This document shows, one piece after another, positions 48,389-57,477 of a stretch of 64,000 nt of DNA. Position numbers and translations under genes: made by a program. Position 1 is the stretch's first letter. Each line of letters opens with the position of its first letter. Below the pieces are notes generated by a model that saw only the letters and a program-made list of their open reading frames with translations, had not been told where the DNA came from and did no database searches. The DNA is from a virus: positions 32,001 through 96,000 of the IMG/VR virus record IMGVR_UViG_3300008113_000014. One strand, given 5' to 3'.

Positions 48389-48757
48389 ATGGGAGCAAGA
48401 ATAAATTTTGTATTTAAAGACGCAGAGGCTGCTGTAGGGGAGCCCACATCATCTGTTGTACTTTACAGCCACTGGGGCCAGGACGGATGGGAAGTTGACA
48501 TTGCCAAAGCTTTAGAACATGCCAAGCCCCGCTGGAATGATTCATCATACGGGACCAGAATGATTATTAGTTATCTTATTCAAGATAGCATTCTAGACGA
48601 AACGGGTTTTGGAATCTATTCAATCCGTGGAACTAACTATGACCTGGGGGAGCAGACAGTGGTTATTGATTTTGTTAATAAGACTGTTACTGATAACGTT
48701 CCCGTCAAATGGGATAAGTTTATCCAAGCATATTTACCTGAGCACGCAGTAGTATAA
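48389..48757 (+). CDS. Conserved phage protein (MGAR...LYSHWG)
   Basis: AAGGAG RBS; motif. Confidence 0.7.
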   Translation: MGARINFVFKDAEAAVGEPTSSVVLYSHWGQDGWEVDIAKALEHAKPRWNDSSYGTRMIISYLIQDSILDETGFGIYSIRGTNYDLGEQTVVIDFVNKTVTDNVPVKWDKFIQAYLPEHAVV

Positions 48758-48769
48758 TCATACTGCAAC

Positions 48770-48813
48770 GGGGGAGTGCGATTTGTGGTGGGTTGCGCTC
48801 CCCCCTTATTTTT
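48770..48813 (+). terminator. GC-rich terminator/small hairpin RNA
   Basis: GGGGGAGTGCG...TGCGCTCCCCC followed by TTATTTTT. Confidence 0.7.
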
Positions 48814-48837
48814 GATACAATTAGGTAAGGGAGAACC

Positions 48838-49047
48838 ATGAGAAAAAAACTAATCACAAAAGAGGAAAAGGTAGCAATCCAACTATCCAATGTCTTAGCA
48901 GACCTACGCCTTGACCTTGACATGGTAGGCAAGTATTTGGTACAATTATCACCTAATGTAATTTATAATCGTTTAATCGTAATCGCTGACTCAGCCCAAG
49001 CAGAAAAGGAACAACAGTATGACCACTACCAATACAGACTATTCTAA
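48838..49047 (+). CDS. Hypothetical protein
   Basis: GGGAG RBS. Confidence 0.65.
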   Translation: MRKKLITKEEKVAIQLSNVLADLRLDLDMVGKYLVQLSPNVIYNRLIVIADSAQAEKEQQYDHYQYRLF

Positions 49048-49285
49048 AAAGATAGAAATCTTAAATGACATTTGGCTTAACCATTCCGATAACGAATTTT
49101 TTGAGTATTTTATTGAGACTAATGATTTAGGTTTACCAATGGCTCACTTTATTTTTCAGGGTATAGTAGAGTCCACCCCATTAGCAAAAGAACTAATAGA
49201 TCAATCATTTGCTGACCTATTAGAATTGTTTGAGTATGAGGACGAAGGCTTTGAGGCACTAACTGATTTTTGGGGTTTTGCATAA
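49019..49285 (+). CDS. Hypothetical protein, paralog of 62637..62939
   Basis: IL.D.W...FIE.NDLGLP.A shared motif. Confidence 0.7.
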   Translation: MTTTNTDYSKKIEILNDIWLNHSDNEFFEYFIETNDLGLPMAHFIFQGIVESTPLAKELIDQSFADLLELFEYEDEGFEALTDFWGFA

Positions 49286-49344
49286 AATCTTTCATAAATA
49301 AAAGCTGACTTGACAAAAGCCCCTTCGGGGCCCCGAGAGATTTT

Positions 49345-50198
49345 TATCAAACCATAAAACCTTATTACGATCAAACCTTTTCTTTCCCCAAATTTGACAT
49401 TACGAGCAACCAAAAAATTTTCCAGATTCATGGATATTACGACAGCTGTAGAATTTTCCAGATTCTAGCATATCAAACCTTCTTTGTCAAACCATGTTAT
49501 AATAATCTTATGGGAAGAAACTATTTTTCAAAGCATGGTGGACCTTACTTTAAGAACGATGGGTTCTCTCAACACTCTCATTCCCATGATGATCCACATG
49601 ATATCAAACCAGACTATGTATCTATCTTTATAGCTGTAGGGTTTGTTACTATGACAGTTTCTTTACTTATAGTAACCATACTTCTTTAGATCCCCCGCCA
49701 TAACGCATCAAATAATCCTGTTAGACATTACGATCAACGCTTTAGCGTCCCCGTTTTTGACGGGGGATATATATAAACCATACACCAAATACCCCCTATA
49801 GAATAACAAACCTTTTCTCCTGGTTTTGGATATGTTATTAAATATTATCAAACCTTTCTATTATATTATTGGACATTATGGGCAATTTTGTATATGTTTT
49901 TATATAGCTTTTAAACTATAAAGGTTTGACAAATAGAGGTTTGTATGATATGATCCATGCCAGATGTGAGGTTTGAAGAAAGGTTTGTAAGGTTTGAAGG
50001 TTTGGTATGTGAGGTTTGAAAGCCGTGGACATTACGACGCCATCTATAAAAGTGCTCAATTCTCCACTATCCTCCACTTCCCTCCACCCAAACCATATAT
50101 TAAAAATATCAGTAAGATCTAATTGTGGATAACCTGTGGATAACTATGTGTAAAACACTAATTTACGCTATCCAAATTATCGTTTCTACTGTGGATAA
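49345..50198. other. Putative replication origin/packaging region
   Basis: Seven CAAACC then seven inverted AGGTTTG copies around an AT-rich core; DnaA boxes TGTGGATAA at 50124, 50135 and 50190. Confidence 0.6.
49510..49689 (+). CDS. 59-aa His-rich membrane peptide
   Basis: TGTTATAAT ends 6 nt before the ATG; HSHSHDDPH followed by a TM helix. Confidence 0.5.
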   Translation: MGRNYFSKHGGPYFKNDGFSQHSHSHDDPHDIKPDYVSIFIAVGFVTMTVSLLIVTILL

Positions 50199-50380
50199 CT
50201 TCTATATTGGTTTGCATATAGATGTGTATTTCAAAAACGGTACAGCTCTTTGGCTATGGGGCATATCCTCAAAGCCAGGTGTTATTACCTGGTGTATTTA
50301 CTATAGGGGTAATGGGGTCTTTCTTGACATACCGTTCAAAATTTAAACAATGCTATAATTGATGAAAAGAAGGAGCAACA

Positions 50381-50731
50381 ATGGCATTTCCAGTAATATA
50401 TGATTTTGATTGTTATGAGGGCGATACTCATACATTTAATGTTGTTGTAAAAGGTTTAAATGACACCAACTTCCTTGCACTTGCCAGAGCTGGAACAACT
50501 TATACATTTTCAATTGCTAACGAAAGAAGTGCAAGTGCCTCTTTTAAAACTACTGGATATATCATAGCTACTACAGACTTAATTTCATGCACTATAAGTG
50601 GATCTCTTACTCCTGGGCAATACGTATATTCTGTTAGACAAAATCAACCAGCCTTTGGTGGCGGATTAGCCCTAGTCTACACCTTTGTTACAGGAACAAT
50701 AACTGTTAAGAGTAAGGTTCCATCAATTTGA
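50381..50731 (+). CDS. BppU-N-like adaptor paralog
   Basis: YEGDT..F...PGQYVY...GTITV; AAGGAG RBS. Confidence 0.55.
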   Translation: MAFPVIYDFDCYEGDTHTFNVVVKGLNDTNFLALARAGTTYTFSIANERSASASFKTTGYIIATTDLISCTISGSLTPGQYVYSVRQNQPAFGGGLALVYTFVTGTITVKSKVPSI

Positions 50732-50986
50732 AAACAATAGAAGTTAACCAAGCAATACAAACCATTACAGTTTATATAATTGCAGATACAGTATCTGCAA
50801 AACAAAATGTTCCAGTTATTACTGCTTATCAGTATTAATATATACTTTATTTGACTTCCCCGCAAAAATAGGGTATGCTTGTTTTATGAAGAAAAACGAA
50901 TGCCAAAAATGTGAGATGAGTCACAAAGATCCCATCTTCTGGGATACTCATCAAACCATGTCAGATGGAAGGATCTGGTGTACTAA

Positions 50987-51205
50987 ATGACACATGATGA
51001 ATTATTAGAGGCTACAAAAAGCTCAACCTATATGAACAGTAGAACCCTAAACCATCCATATATAGTTATACGTTCTGTCCTGGAATTACATAGGCCACAA
51101 GAAATAACTTTGCCTAACGGTGAATGGGGAACAAATTGTATGGAATGTGATGAATGGTCATATCCTTGTCCAACTATTAGGGCTATTCAAAAGGAGTTAA
51201 CATGA
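50987..51205 (+). CDS. Hypothetical protein (LHRP...CxxC...YPCPT actinophage family)
   Basis: Motif. Confidence 0.65.
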   Translation: MTHDELLEATKSSTYMNSRTLNHPYIVIRSVLELHRPQEITLPNGEWGTNCMECDEWSYPCPTIRAIQKELT

Positions 51206-51408
51206 AAGTAGATTACGATAAACCACTCCCAATGTATATTTTTGAGTCATGTATTGATTGTGGCAGGTTCACTAGAACCAAAAGCAAAACCAAACTAACC
51301 CTATTTATGATGGATCATTATGGTATGAATGGCATTAAGCGTTGTTCTCATAAGTGGTATGGTAAATTTGTATATACCCTGCTAAATTGGAAATATAGAA
51401 ACTATTGA
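51202..51408 (+). CDS. Hypothetical protein
   Basis: Coupled ORF; AAGGAG RBS. Confidence 0.55.
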   Translation: MKVDYDKPLPMYIFESCIDCGRFTRTKSKTKLTLFMMDHYGMNGIKRCSHKWYGKFVYTLLNWKYRNY

Positions 51409-51854
51409 GACATAAAACAGAACCTAAACATGGTACTCGCTCTGGTTATGATTGGCATAGACGTGATAGGAAAGAAGATCCCTGCATACCCTGCCAAGAA
51501 GCCGAAAGAGGCTATTGGAAGAATCAGAGAGTCATTCGTAAGGATCAAATAAATACATTACGAAAGGACTGGAGATTTCGCACTCCTAATGCTCGTAGGC
51601 ATTTTCGTAGAAACAATACAGAGCCAGGCAATTATTCAGATGCAGATGTACTCTCAGCATATGGTTTAGACTGTCATATCTGTCAAACCCCAATAGATTT
51701 AAACGCTCCAAGAAAAGTAGGGCAGGATGGATGGGAGAAAGGTTTGCATATAGATCATGTCTATCCTTTATCAAAGGGTGGTTTGGATACCCTTGAAAAT
51801 GTCAAACCTTCTCATGGAAAATGTAATATTATTAAATGGGCAACGTTGGGATAG
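51405..51854 (+). CDS. HNH endonuclease
   Basis: CHIC...HIDHVYPLSKGG.D.LEN...H..CN. Confidence 0.9.
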   Translation: MRHKTEPKHGTRSGYDWHRRDRKEDPCIPCQEAERGYWKNQRVIRKDQINTLRKDWRFRTPNARRHFRRNNTEPGNYSDADVLSAYGLDCHICQTPIDLNAPRKVGQDGWEKGLHIDHVYPLSKGGLDTLENVKPSHGKCNIIKWATLG

Positions 51855-51884
51855 TAACCAATAGTGCTCCTTTGGAGCATGAGG

Positions 51885-51915
51885 TGGTTTGATACCTCTA
51901 TTTTCCGCCGAACTT
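51885..51915. repeat. Right arm of long-range inverted repeat
   Basis: TGGTTTGATACCTCTATTT plus CCGCCGAACTT; both have inverted copies at 34.6-34.7 kb. Confidence 0.75.
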
Positions 51916-52045
51916 AAAAGAATATGATAAAATAATGCAATGAATAAGTTTGAGTCATCATATAGTAAGTTTATGGGTTACAAGGTAGCGTGTAGCAAGT
52001 GTGATCAGCTATACTTTAAGCAAAACGATGAGCCTTTTATTTGTC

Positions 52046-52873
52046 TCAGTTGTATAGATTAGTATCTTTGTATCCCCAGATACCTCTAAATTCCCTATCT
52101 TCTGATTTAAAACCACCTGTTACAGCATGAGCCAATTTAAATAGGTCTGGTATAACCAAGTCTCCTTGTTGCCATTTATGAACTATTCTTATGTCTTCAT
52201 TTTCCATAATGATCTTTTCTATTTTTCTTATTAATAATTTAAAATAATCCAAAGATTCTTGAGATGGATTTTCACCTTTATAAGAAACCAAAGGAATTAT
52301 ATGAGGATCTGGCAGTATCATGAACCTAATAATTGGCTGACCAGTTAACCAGTGTGTATTAATAATTGGATGTTCATCTGAAAGGTTTGTGTCTTCACTT
52401 AGAAATCTAGATGACATCTGTGATTTTTTAATAAATTCTGGCTCAGTTACTACGCTGTCAATAAGAAATTGTTTCTCTTCATCTGAAAGCATTTCAAATA
52501 CTACCCCTGTGTCTACAAAATATGTCTTTCCATTCTCTGGATTAGTTTTAAAATTATACATATTCCAAGTTGAAGCGACAATTGGATTAAGATAGTATGT
52601 ATGCTCAATGTGCCATTCCACGATTATATCGTCTGGACCAGATACAATGTCAGACTTGCGTACATGATTCTCTACATATTCGCTTGTATTATCAAGGTAT
52701 CTCCACCCCATAAGCTTTCCAATTTTTGCTCCAAAATCAAACTGCTCTTCTTGGGTTAGATTGGCATTTCTAAAACATATTACAGAGTCATTAATAAATT
52801 TATTCTTGTAATATTCTATATTATTTATTACGCTTTCAACTCCAGGAAACTCTATTGGTTCTACGATTATCAT
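52046..52873 (-). CDS. TauD/TfdA-family dioxygenase
   Basis: WHIE...G.T.FVD...HKWQQGDLVIPD...H...R. Confidence 0.85.
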   Translation of the reverse strand: MIIVEPIEFPGVESVINNIEYYKNKFINDSVICFRNANLTQEEQFDFGAKIGKLMGWRYLDNTSEYVENHVRKSDIVSGPDDIIVEWHIEHTYYLNPIVASTWNMYNFKTNPENGKTYFVDTGVVFEMLSDEEKQFLIDSVVTEPEFIKKSQMSSRFLSEDTNLSDEHPIINTHWLTGQPIIRFMILPDPHIIPLVSYKGENPSQESLDYFKLLIRKIEKIIMENEDIRIVHKWQQGDLVIPDLFKLAHAVTGGFKSEDREFRGIWGYKDTNLYN

Positions 52874-52892
52874 TTATATATCCCCTTAAATA

Positions 52893-53231
52893 TTATATTT
52901 GTCCATTACAAGGATCTGTTAGCCTATGTGATATAGAATGTCCGCAAGGTGATATGCCTGCTCTACAATGACAATCAAGTCTAGTTGGTTCTTTTGCTAC
53001 AGCAGTATCAATAACATTACATATCTTATTAATTAAATGTGCTGTAAATACCTCACATGGACAAATGCCTTCTTTGCTGCCATCTTGGTCGTTACAGAAA
53101 TTAGGATCAATCATAGACTCATCAAAAACTTGTACGAATTCAGAACTTTTGTTGCACATATAACAGATTAAACCCTTATCTGTAAGTGCTGTTATATTAT
53201 TACCACACTGACATCTATATATGTTATACAT
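52893..53231 (-). CDS. Cys-rich hypothetical protein
   Basis: ORF with many Cys residues. Confidence 0.5.
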   Translation of the reverse strand: MYNIYRCQCGNNITALTDKGLICYMCNKSSEFVQVFDESMIDPNFCNDQDGSKEGICPCEVFTAHLINKICNVIDTAVAKEPTRLDCHCRAGISPCGHSISHRLTDPCNGQI

Positions 53232-53288
53232 ACATTTAGTATATCATATTTGACATTCTTCTAATCTTGATGCTATAATAAAGTATAG

Positions 53289-53360
53289 TTCAGGTTCCTA
53301 TAATGGATCGTAGAGCAGTTTCCGAAACTGACAATGTAGGTCTGATTCCTGCACCTGAAG
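53289..53360 (+). tRNA. Atypical tRNA-Arg(CCG)
   Basis: TTCAGGT/ACCTGAA acceptor; loop TTCCGAA; non-canonical T loop TCTGATT. Confidence 0.6.
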
Positions 53361-53385
53361 CTATGCTATTAAAAAAGGATAATAA

Positions 53386-53592
53386 ATGAGATATACGTAT
53401 AACATTGATATTGCTAAAATGGAAGAAGTTTATTTTAGCCATACCCAGCAAAATTTCTTTGCAAATGATGAAGAGCGTAAAAAGTTTAATGCTGACCTTA
53501 TAGTTGAAGCAGAAAACGAAGAAGAATCTGAAAAGATGAGAATGGGAATGACTGATATTACAATGTGGTCATTAGTCCATACTGAGCAATAG
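53386..53592 (+). CDS. Hypothetical protein
   Basis: AAGGA RBS. Confidence 0.6.
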   Translation: MRYTYNIDIAKMEEVYFSHTQQNFFANDEERKKFNADLIVEAENEEESEKMRMGMTDITMWSLVHTEQ

Positions 53593-53599
53593 TCTTGAC

Positions 53600-54193
53600 A
53601 TGAATCAAATTATATATAATTCTTTTCCTAGGTCTGGTAATGTTTATGCTGGATATGTTGGGTCTCACATAATTTGGAGTAATTATGCAACTGTTCATAT
53701 ACCGCAAATTTTTGGGACCAAAGATCTAGACATGATAAGTATTTTTAGAAAGCCTGAAGATGCAATAGCATCATTGATTAATAAAAGACTTGAGTCTAAT
53801 AAACACATTACAGTAAGCATTGAAGGCATACAGCGTCAATCTAAAAACCTTCGTGATGAATATAAACAATACTTGGATGGCGCAGTGATGCATAATAAAT
53901 CTACATATATAATTAACTTTGATAGTTTAATTAATAATCCTGTAAAACATTTTGTTGATATATCTAATAGATTTAAAAAGCCTCTATTAAAAGATTACGA
54001 AGAGTCATTCAACTCACTAACATTTTCTGGAAAACTCTGGGAAGATCAATATGATGGACATGTGCCTAGAGAAAAAGATGCTACTAGACTATTCATAGAA
54101 GATGTAGTTGGATCTATGGAATGTATAAGACATTTAAACGATGAATATACATCTTTTATTAAAGAATATGAGAGCTATAGTCCTTTGATTTAA
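53600..54193 (+). CDS. Sulfotransferase-fold protein
   Basis: SFPRSGN (5'-PSB-like) and RKPEDAIAS (3'-PB-like). Confidence 0.65.
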   Translation: MNQIIYNSFPRSGNVYAGYVGSHIIWSNYATVHIPQIFGTKDLDMISIFRKPEDAIASLINKRLESNKHITVSIEGIQRQSKNLRDEYKQYLDGAVMHNKSTYIINFDSLINNPVKHFVDISNRFKKPLLKDYEESFNSLTFSGKLWEDQYDGHVPREKDATRLFIEDVVGSMECIRHLNDEYTSFIKEYESYSPLI

Positions 54194-54378
54194 TATAATC
54201 TATTGATTATTTAGAGTATGGTATGATATATCTATGAAATCAGGAAAATGCTTTTATTGTCAAAAAGATGCCACACACTTTGATACAGTCGTAAACAATA
54301 AAGACTATATAGTAGCAGATGTCTGTCTGGACCATTTGGCCGTAGGGTTATCGTCCTAATAGGGTGTGACACATACCC

Positions 54379-55047
54379 ATGATACCAATTTTATCAATAC
54401 CCGTTTTAAATAGGTATGACTTGTTAGATGAAAACCTAAGTTTGATAGACTATCCCATTAAAGAAATATTAATTATCAATAATGGCAAAGAAATATACGA
54501 GCCAAAAAGAAAAGATTTAAATGTAAGAGTGCTTAACCTTCCATCTAATTTGGGCATGTCTGGATCATGGAACCTTACAATTAAGCTTTATCCTCATGAA
54601 AAATACTGGATGTTTTCTTCTGCAGATACACATTGGATTCCAGGCTCTTTAAAAAAATTACATGAAATTAGTGGAAAATCAAAAATGATTTGTAGCAGTG
54701 AAGGTTTTAGTTGTTTTTCTGTTGGTGAAGAGGTTGTTAGACAAATTGGACTATTTGATGAATACTTTTATCCATACGTGCATGAAGATGACGATTATCG
54801 TGAAAGATTATTTATCCATAATAATAAAAATAAGTTTCCATATTTAGAGTTTCTTAACAAAGCAGTAGATGTTTCTGTTCCGCATGGAAGTGCCCAAACA
54901 ATTAAGAGCGATCCACTTCTTTTGCAAAAATCTAATGAAACATATACTAAAAATAAAAAGTACTTAGAATTAAAAAAATCTCAAAATTTTGAAATAATGG
55001 GTAATTGGGATATAGATGTAAGAAGGAATCAAGAATGGCTACAATAG
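54379..55047 (+). CDS. GT2/GT-A glycosyltransferase
   Basis: ILIINNG, NLGMSGSWN and GLFDEYFYP..HEDDDY motifs. Confidence 0.8.
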   Translation: MIPILSIPVLNRYDLLDENLSLIDYPIKEILIINNGKEIYEPKRKDLNVRVLNLPSNLGMSGSWNLTIKLYPHEKYWMFSSADTHWIPGSLKKLHEISGKSKMICSSEGFSCFSVGEEVVRQIGLFDEYFYPYVHEDDDYRERLFIHNNKNKFPYLEFLNKAVDVSVPHGSAQTIKSDPLLLQKSNETYTKNKKYLELKKSQNFEIMGNWDIDVRRNQEWLQ

Positions 55048-55700
55048 GAGTTTTACCAGCATCTGGTAGATCATCAAGAATAGGTGGAATTCCAAAGTTT
55101 TGTTTACCAATATCAGATGAAAGATCATTGTTACAATGGCATGTTGAACAGATGCTTGAGGTTTGTGATGAAGTAAGAGTATCAACAAGGTCTGAATGGG
55201 TTCCAATTGTACAGAACATGGATATGAATGTTAAACTTATTGTTCTTGAGCCATCAACAATGTCTGATGCTATAAAATTTATGGTGGGAGATTGTAATGA
55301 TACGGTTCTTGTTGGTATGCCAGACACCTACATACACAATACACACAAAAATATTTATAAAGAAATGCTTACGGTTGATGGAGATTTGATTTTAGGAACA
55401 TGGGAATGCACTGATGATATAAAAGGAAGGGTAGGACAAGTCCTGCTGTCTGGCAATAAAGTTATTGGATCAAAGGATAAGTCTGCCGATTGTGACTATA
55501 AGCATATGTGGGGCACAATGTTGTTTAGAAAAAACCTGGTAAGATATATAGACCCAGAGTTAGAACACCCAGGAAAGCAAATACAAGAGTGGATTAATAT
55601 GAATTTAAACATCAGGTCTGTAAGTCCTGGCGGTAAATATATGGACATAGGTACGCTTAATGGTTTAAAGCAACTATATAAAGAAATGGATAAAGACTAA
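55035..55700 (+). CDS. Sugar-phosphate nucleotidyltransferase-like protein
   Basis: LPASGRSSRIGG.PK, GMPDT and YMDIGT motifs. Confidence 0.8.
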   Translation: MATIGVLPASGRSSRIGGIPKFCLPISDERSLLQWHVEQMLEVCDEVRVSTRSEWVPIVQNMDMNVKLIVLEPSTMSDAIKFMVGDCNDTVLVGMPDTYIHNTHKNIYKEMLTVDGDLILGTWECTDDIKGRVGQVLLSGNKVIGSKDKSADCDYKHMWGTMLFRKNLVRYIDPELEHPGKQIQEWINMNLNIRSVSPGGKYMDIGTLNGLKQLYKEMDKD

Positions 55701-56474
55701 ATGGCAAATAAATACCCTAATGAGGATTACCTCAACAGGAATGTTTCTGAACTATATGATATATGGGAATCAAGAAAAGAATACATAGAAAAAGATTTAT
55801 GGGTAATTAGAAACTTTTTGTCAGAAGAAGAAATAGAATGGCTCAATAAAGAAGCAAATGATCCAAATGGTTGGTACGACCTAATGAGGGCTACATATTG
55901 CGGTAACATTAAAAATAAATTCTTGGGCTATATTCCAGACTATAGTGAGGATGGCATGATGCTTGTTCCTACAGAAAATTCAAGGTGGGGCTATAGAGAG
56001 CCCGTAGGATTCTTTGAACCAAGGTTAGAAGCTGTAATGCCAAAATATTTTGGTGGAGGTGGAGCATTGCAATCATTTTTTGAAGTTCCTGATGAACAAA
56101 TAATTGCAGAGCTTGGCAGAGATGTAGATTATGCTATGGGGTGGCATTATGAAAGAGATGATAGTGACGAAGAAGAGCAGCAAAAAACAATTGTAGAAAA
56201 TTCAAAAACTCAAAACAAAAAAATAACTAGTCAAGGAAAAATATCAGCATCACTAAGTGTTTATATTAATGATAACTTTGATGGTGGTATCTTGGAGTTT
56301 AAAAATAAAGAGTATTCTATAAAGCCAGAGGTGGGGATGCTTGTCAATGTTCCTTTATATAAAGAGTTTGAACATAGAGTTACAAAGGTTACTAATGGCA
56401 ACAGGCATACAATATATGGAAGATGTTGGGATTCTGGAGATGGTAAATATTTCTCTACTAATGAGGACTGTTAA
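55701..56474 (+). CDS. 2OG-Fe(II) oxygenase
   Basis: HYE...YINDNFDGG...HRV...RH. Confidence 0.8.
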   Translation: MANKYPNEDYLNRNVSELYDIWESRKEYIEKDLWVIRNFLSEEEIEWLNKEANDPNGWYDLMRATYCGNIKNKFLGYIPDYSEDGMMLVPTENSRWGYREPVGFFEPRLEAVMPKYFGGGGALQSFFEVPDEQIIAELGRDVDYAMGWHYERDDSDEEEQQKTIVENSKTQNKKITSQGKISASLSVYINDNFDGGILEFKNKEYSIKPEVGMLVNVPLYKEFEHRVTKVTNGNRHTIYGRCWDSGDGKYFSTNEDC

Positions 56475-56557
56475 TCTTGACATATTTGCGTTACCTTGAT
56501 ATACTTATAATATGAAAGAACCACGTATTATGCAGATGGATTGGAAAGCTTTAGGAT

Positions 56558-56830
56558 ATGAAAGAGAGTACAAAAATGGACGACTCAGATGGGTTCCTCA
56601 GAATGTCACAGAAGATAAACAAGACAAAGATACTTCCTCTTAGATGGTTTGGCAATGCCTGTAGTGGTATTGCTATTAGGAGTTTAGTTAAAGCTTTTGA
56701 TTTAGATGAAGATGGTAATTATGGGTACCGTTTTAAATTCCATAGTAAGATTTGGAATTACTTTAATAAGCCATATGAGCGTTGGGGCACATACTACACT
56801 GTTGATACAAGCAAGTGGAATGAAGAGTGA
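56558..56830 (+). CDS. Hypothetical protein
   Basis: ORF; start uncertain. Confidence 0.5.
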   Translation: MKESTKMDDSDGFLRMSQKINKTKILPLRWFGNACSGIAIRSLVKAFDLDEDGNYGYRFKFHSKIWNYFNKPYERWGTYYTVDTSKWNEE

Positions 56831-57477
56831 GACAACCTATTCATGGGGCATTTGAGTCATACCTGCAGCCAGATAGTGGGGTATGGGACTGGAATGAATC
56901 ACTACAATCTTGGGAAGAGTTAGATAATTATAAACTACAAGAAGCCCTAACGATTTCTGGATATCCAAGAAGTGGAAATACTTTTATTAATCATGCATTC
57001 TTTAAGATGTATGGTCTTGCTCATATAAATTTTAATCGTCACACTGTAAAAAGTATTGCAGAAAGAGATCACACATTTGTTCCATTTAGACATCCTCTTG
57101 AAGCAATAAGTTCTTGGCATATATACCAACAGGTGCACTTTTTAGATATAAGGTTTATTGAAAATGATATAAAATTTTACAACAGGTTTCATGAAGAAGC
57201 ATTAAAAATGAAAGATAAGATAACTTTTCTTGACTTTGATTTATTTAAAAATAACTTAAAATACTTGGAAAATAAAGTATCAGATCTTTATGGTGTTATT
57301 GCAAAACCAGTTGCAGATTATGAAATAAAAGATTTTATGGCCCATAGGAAATTAAACCTAAACATACCCCGCAATGATGGTGAGATTAAACAAGAAGTAA
57401 TGGCTTTTGTAGAAAAGCAGTATCTATACAAAAAATCTTTAGATCTTTACAATCAAATCAAGGAATCATCTATTTAA
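56827..57477 (+). CDS. Sulfotransferase-fold protein
   Basis: GYPRSGNT and RHPLEAISS motifs. Confidence 0.7.
   Translation: MRQPIHGAFESYLQPDSGVWDWNESLQSWEELDNYKLQEALTISGYPRSGNTFINHAFFKMYGLAHINFNRHTVKSIAERDHTFVPFRHPLEAISSWHIYQQVHFLDIRFIENDIKFYNRFHEEALKMKDKITFLDFDLFKNNLKYLENKVSDLYGVIAKPVADYEIKDFMAHRKLNLNIPRNDGEIKQEVMAFVEKQYLYKKSLDLYNQIKESSI

Noticed and set aside
48734-48766. Seventh pseudoknot copy (CCTGAGCA)
   Set aside because: Lies inside a CDS and neither stem forms properly.
36700-49400. CRISPR array or integron attC array
   Set aside because: Repeats are short, irregularly spaced and separated by genes; no cas or integrase gene and no attC-type structure is visible.
50125-50346. 73-aa ORF MDNLWITM...
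   Set aside because: Starts within DnaA boxes and has no RBS; probably non-coding.
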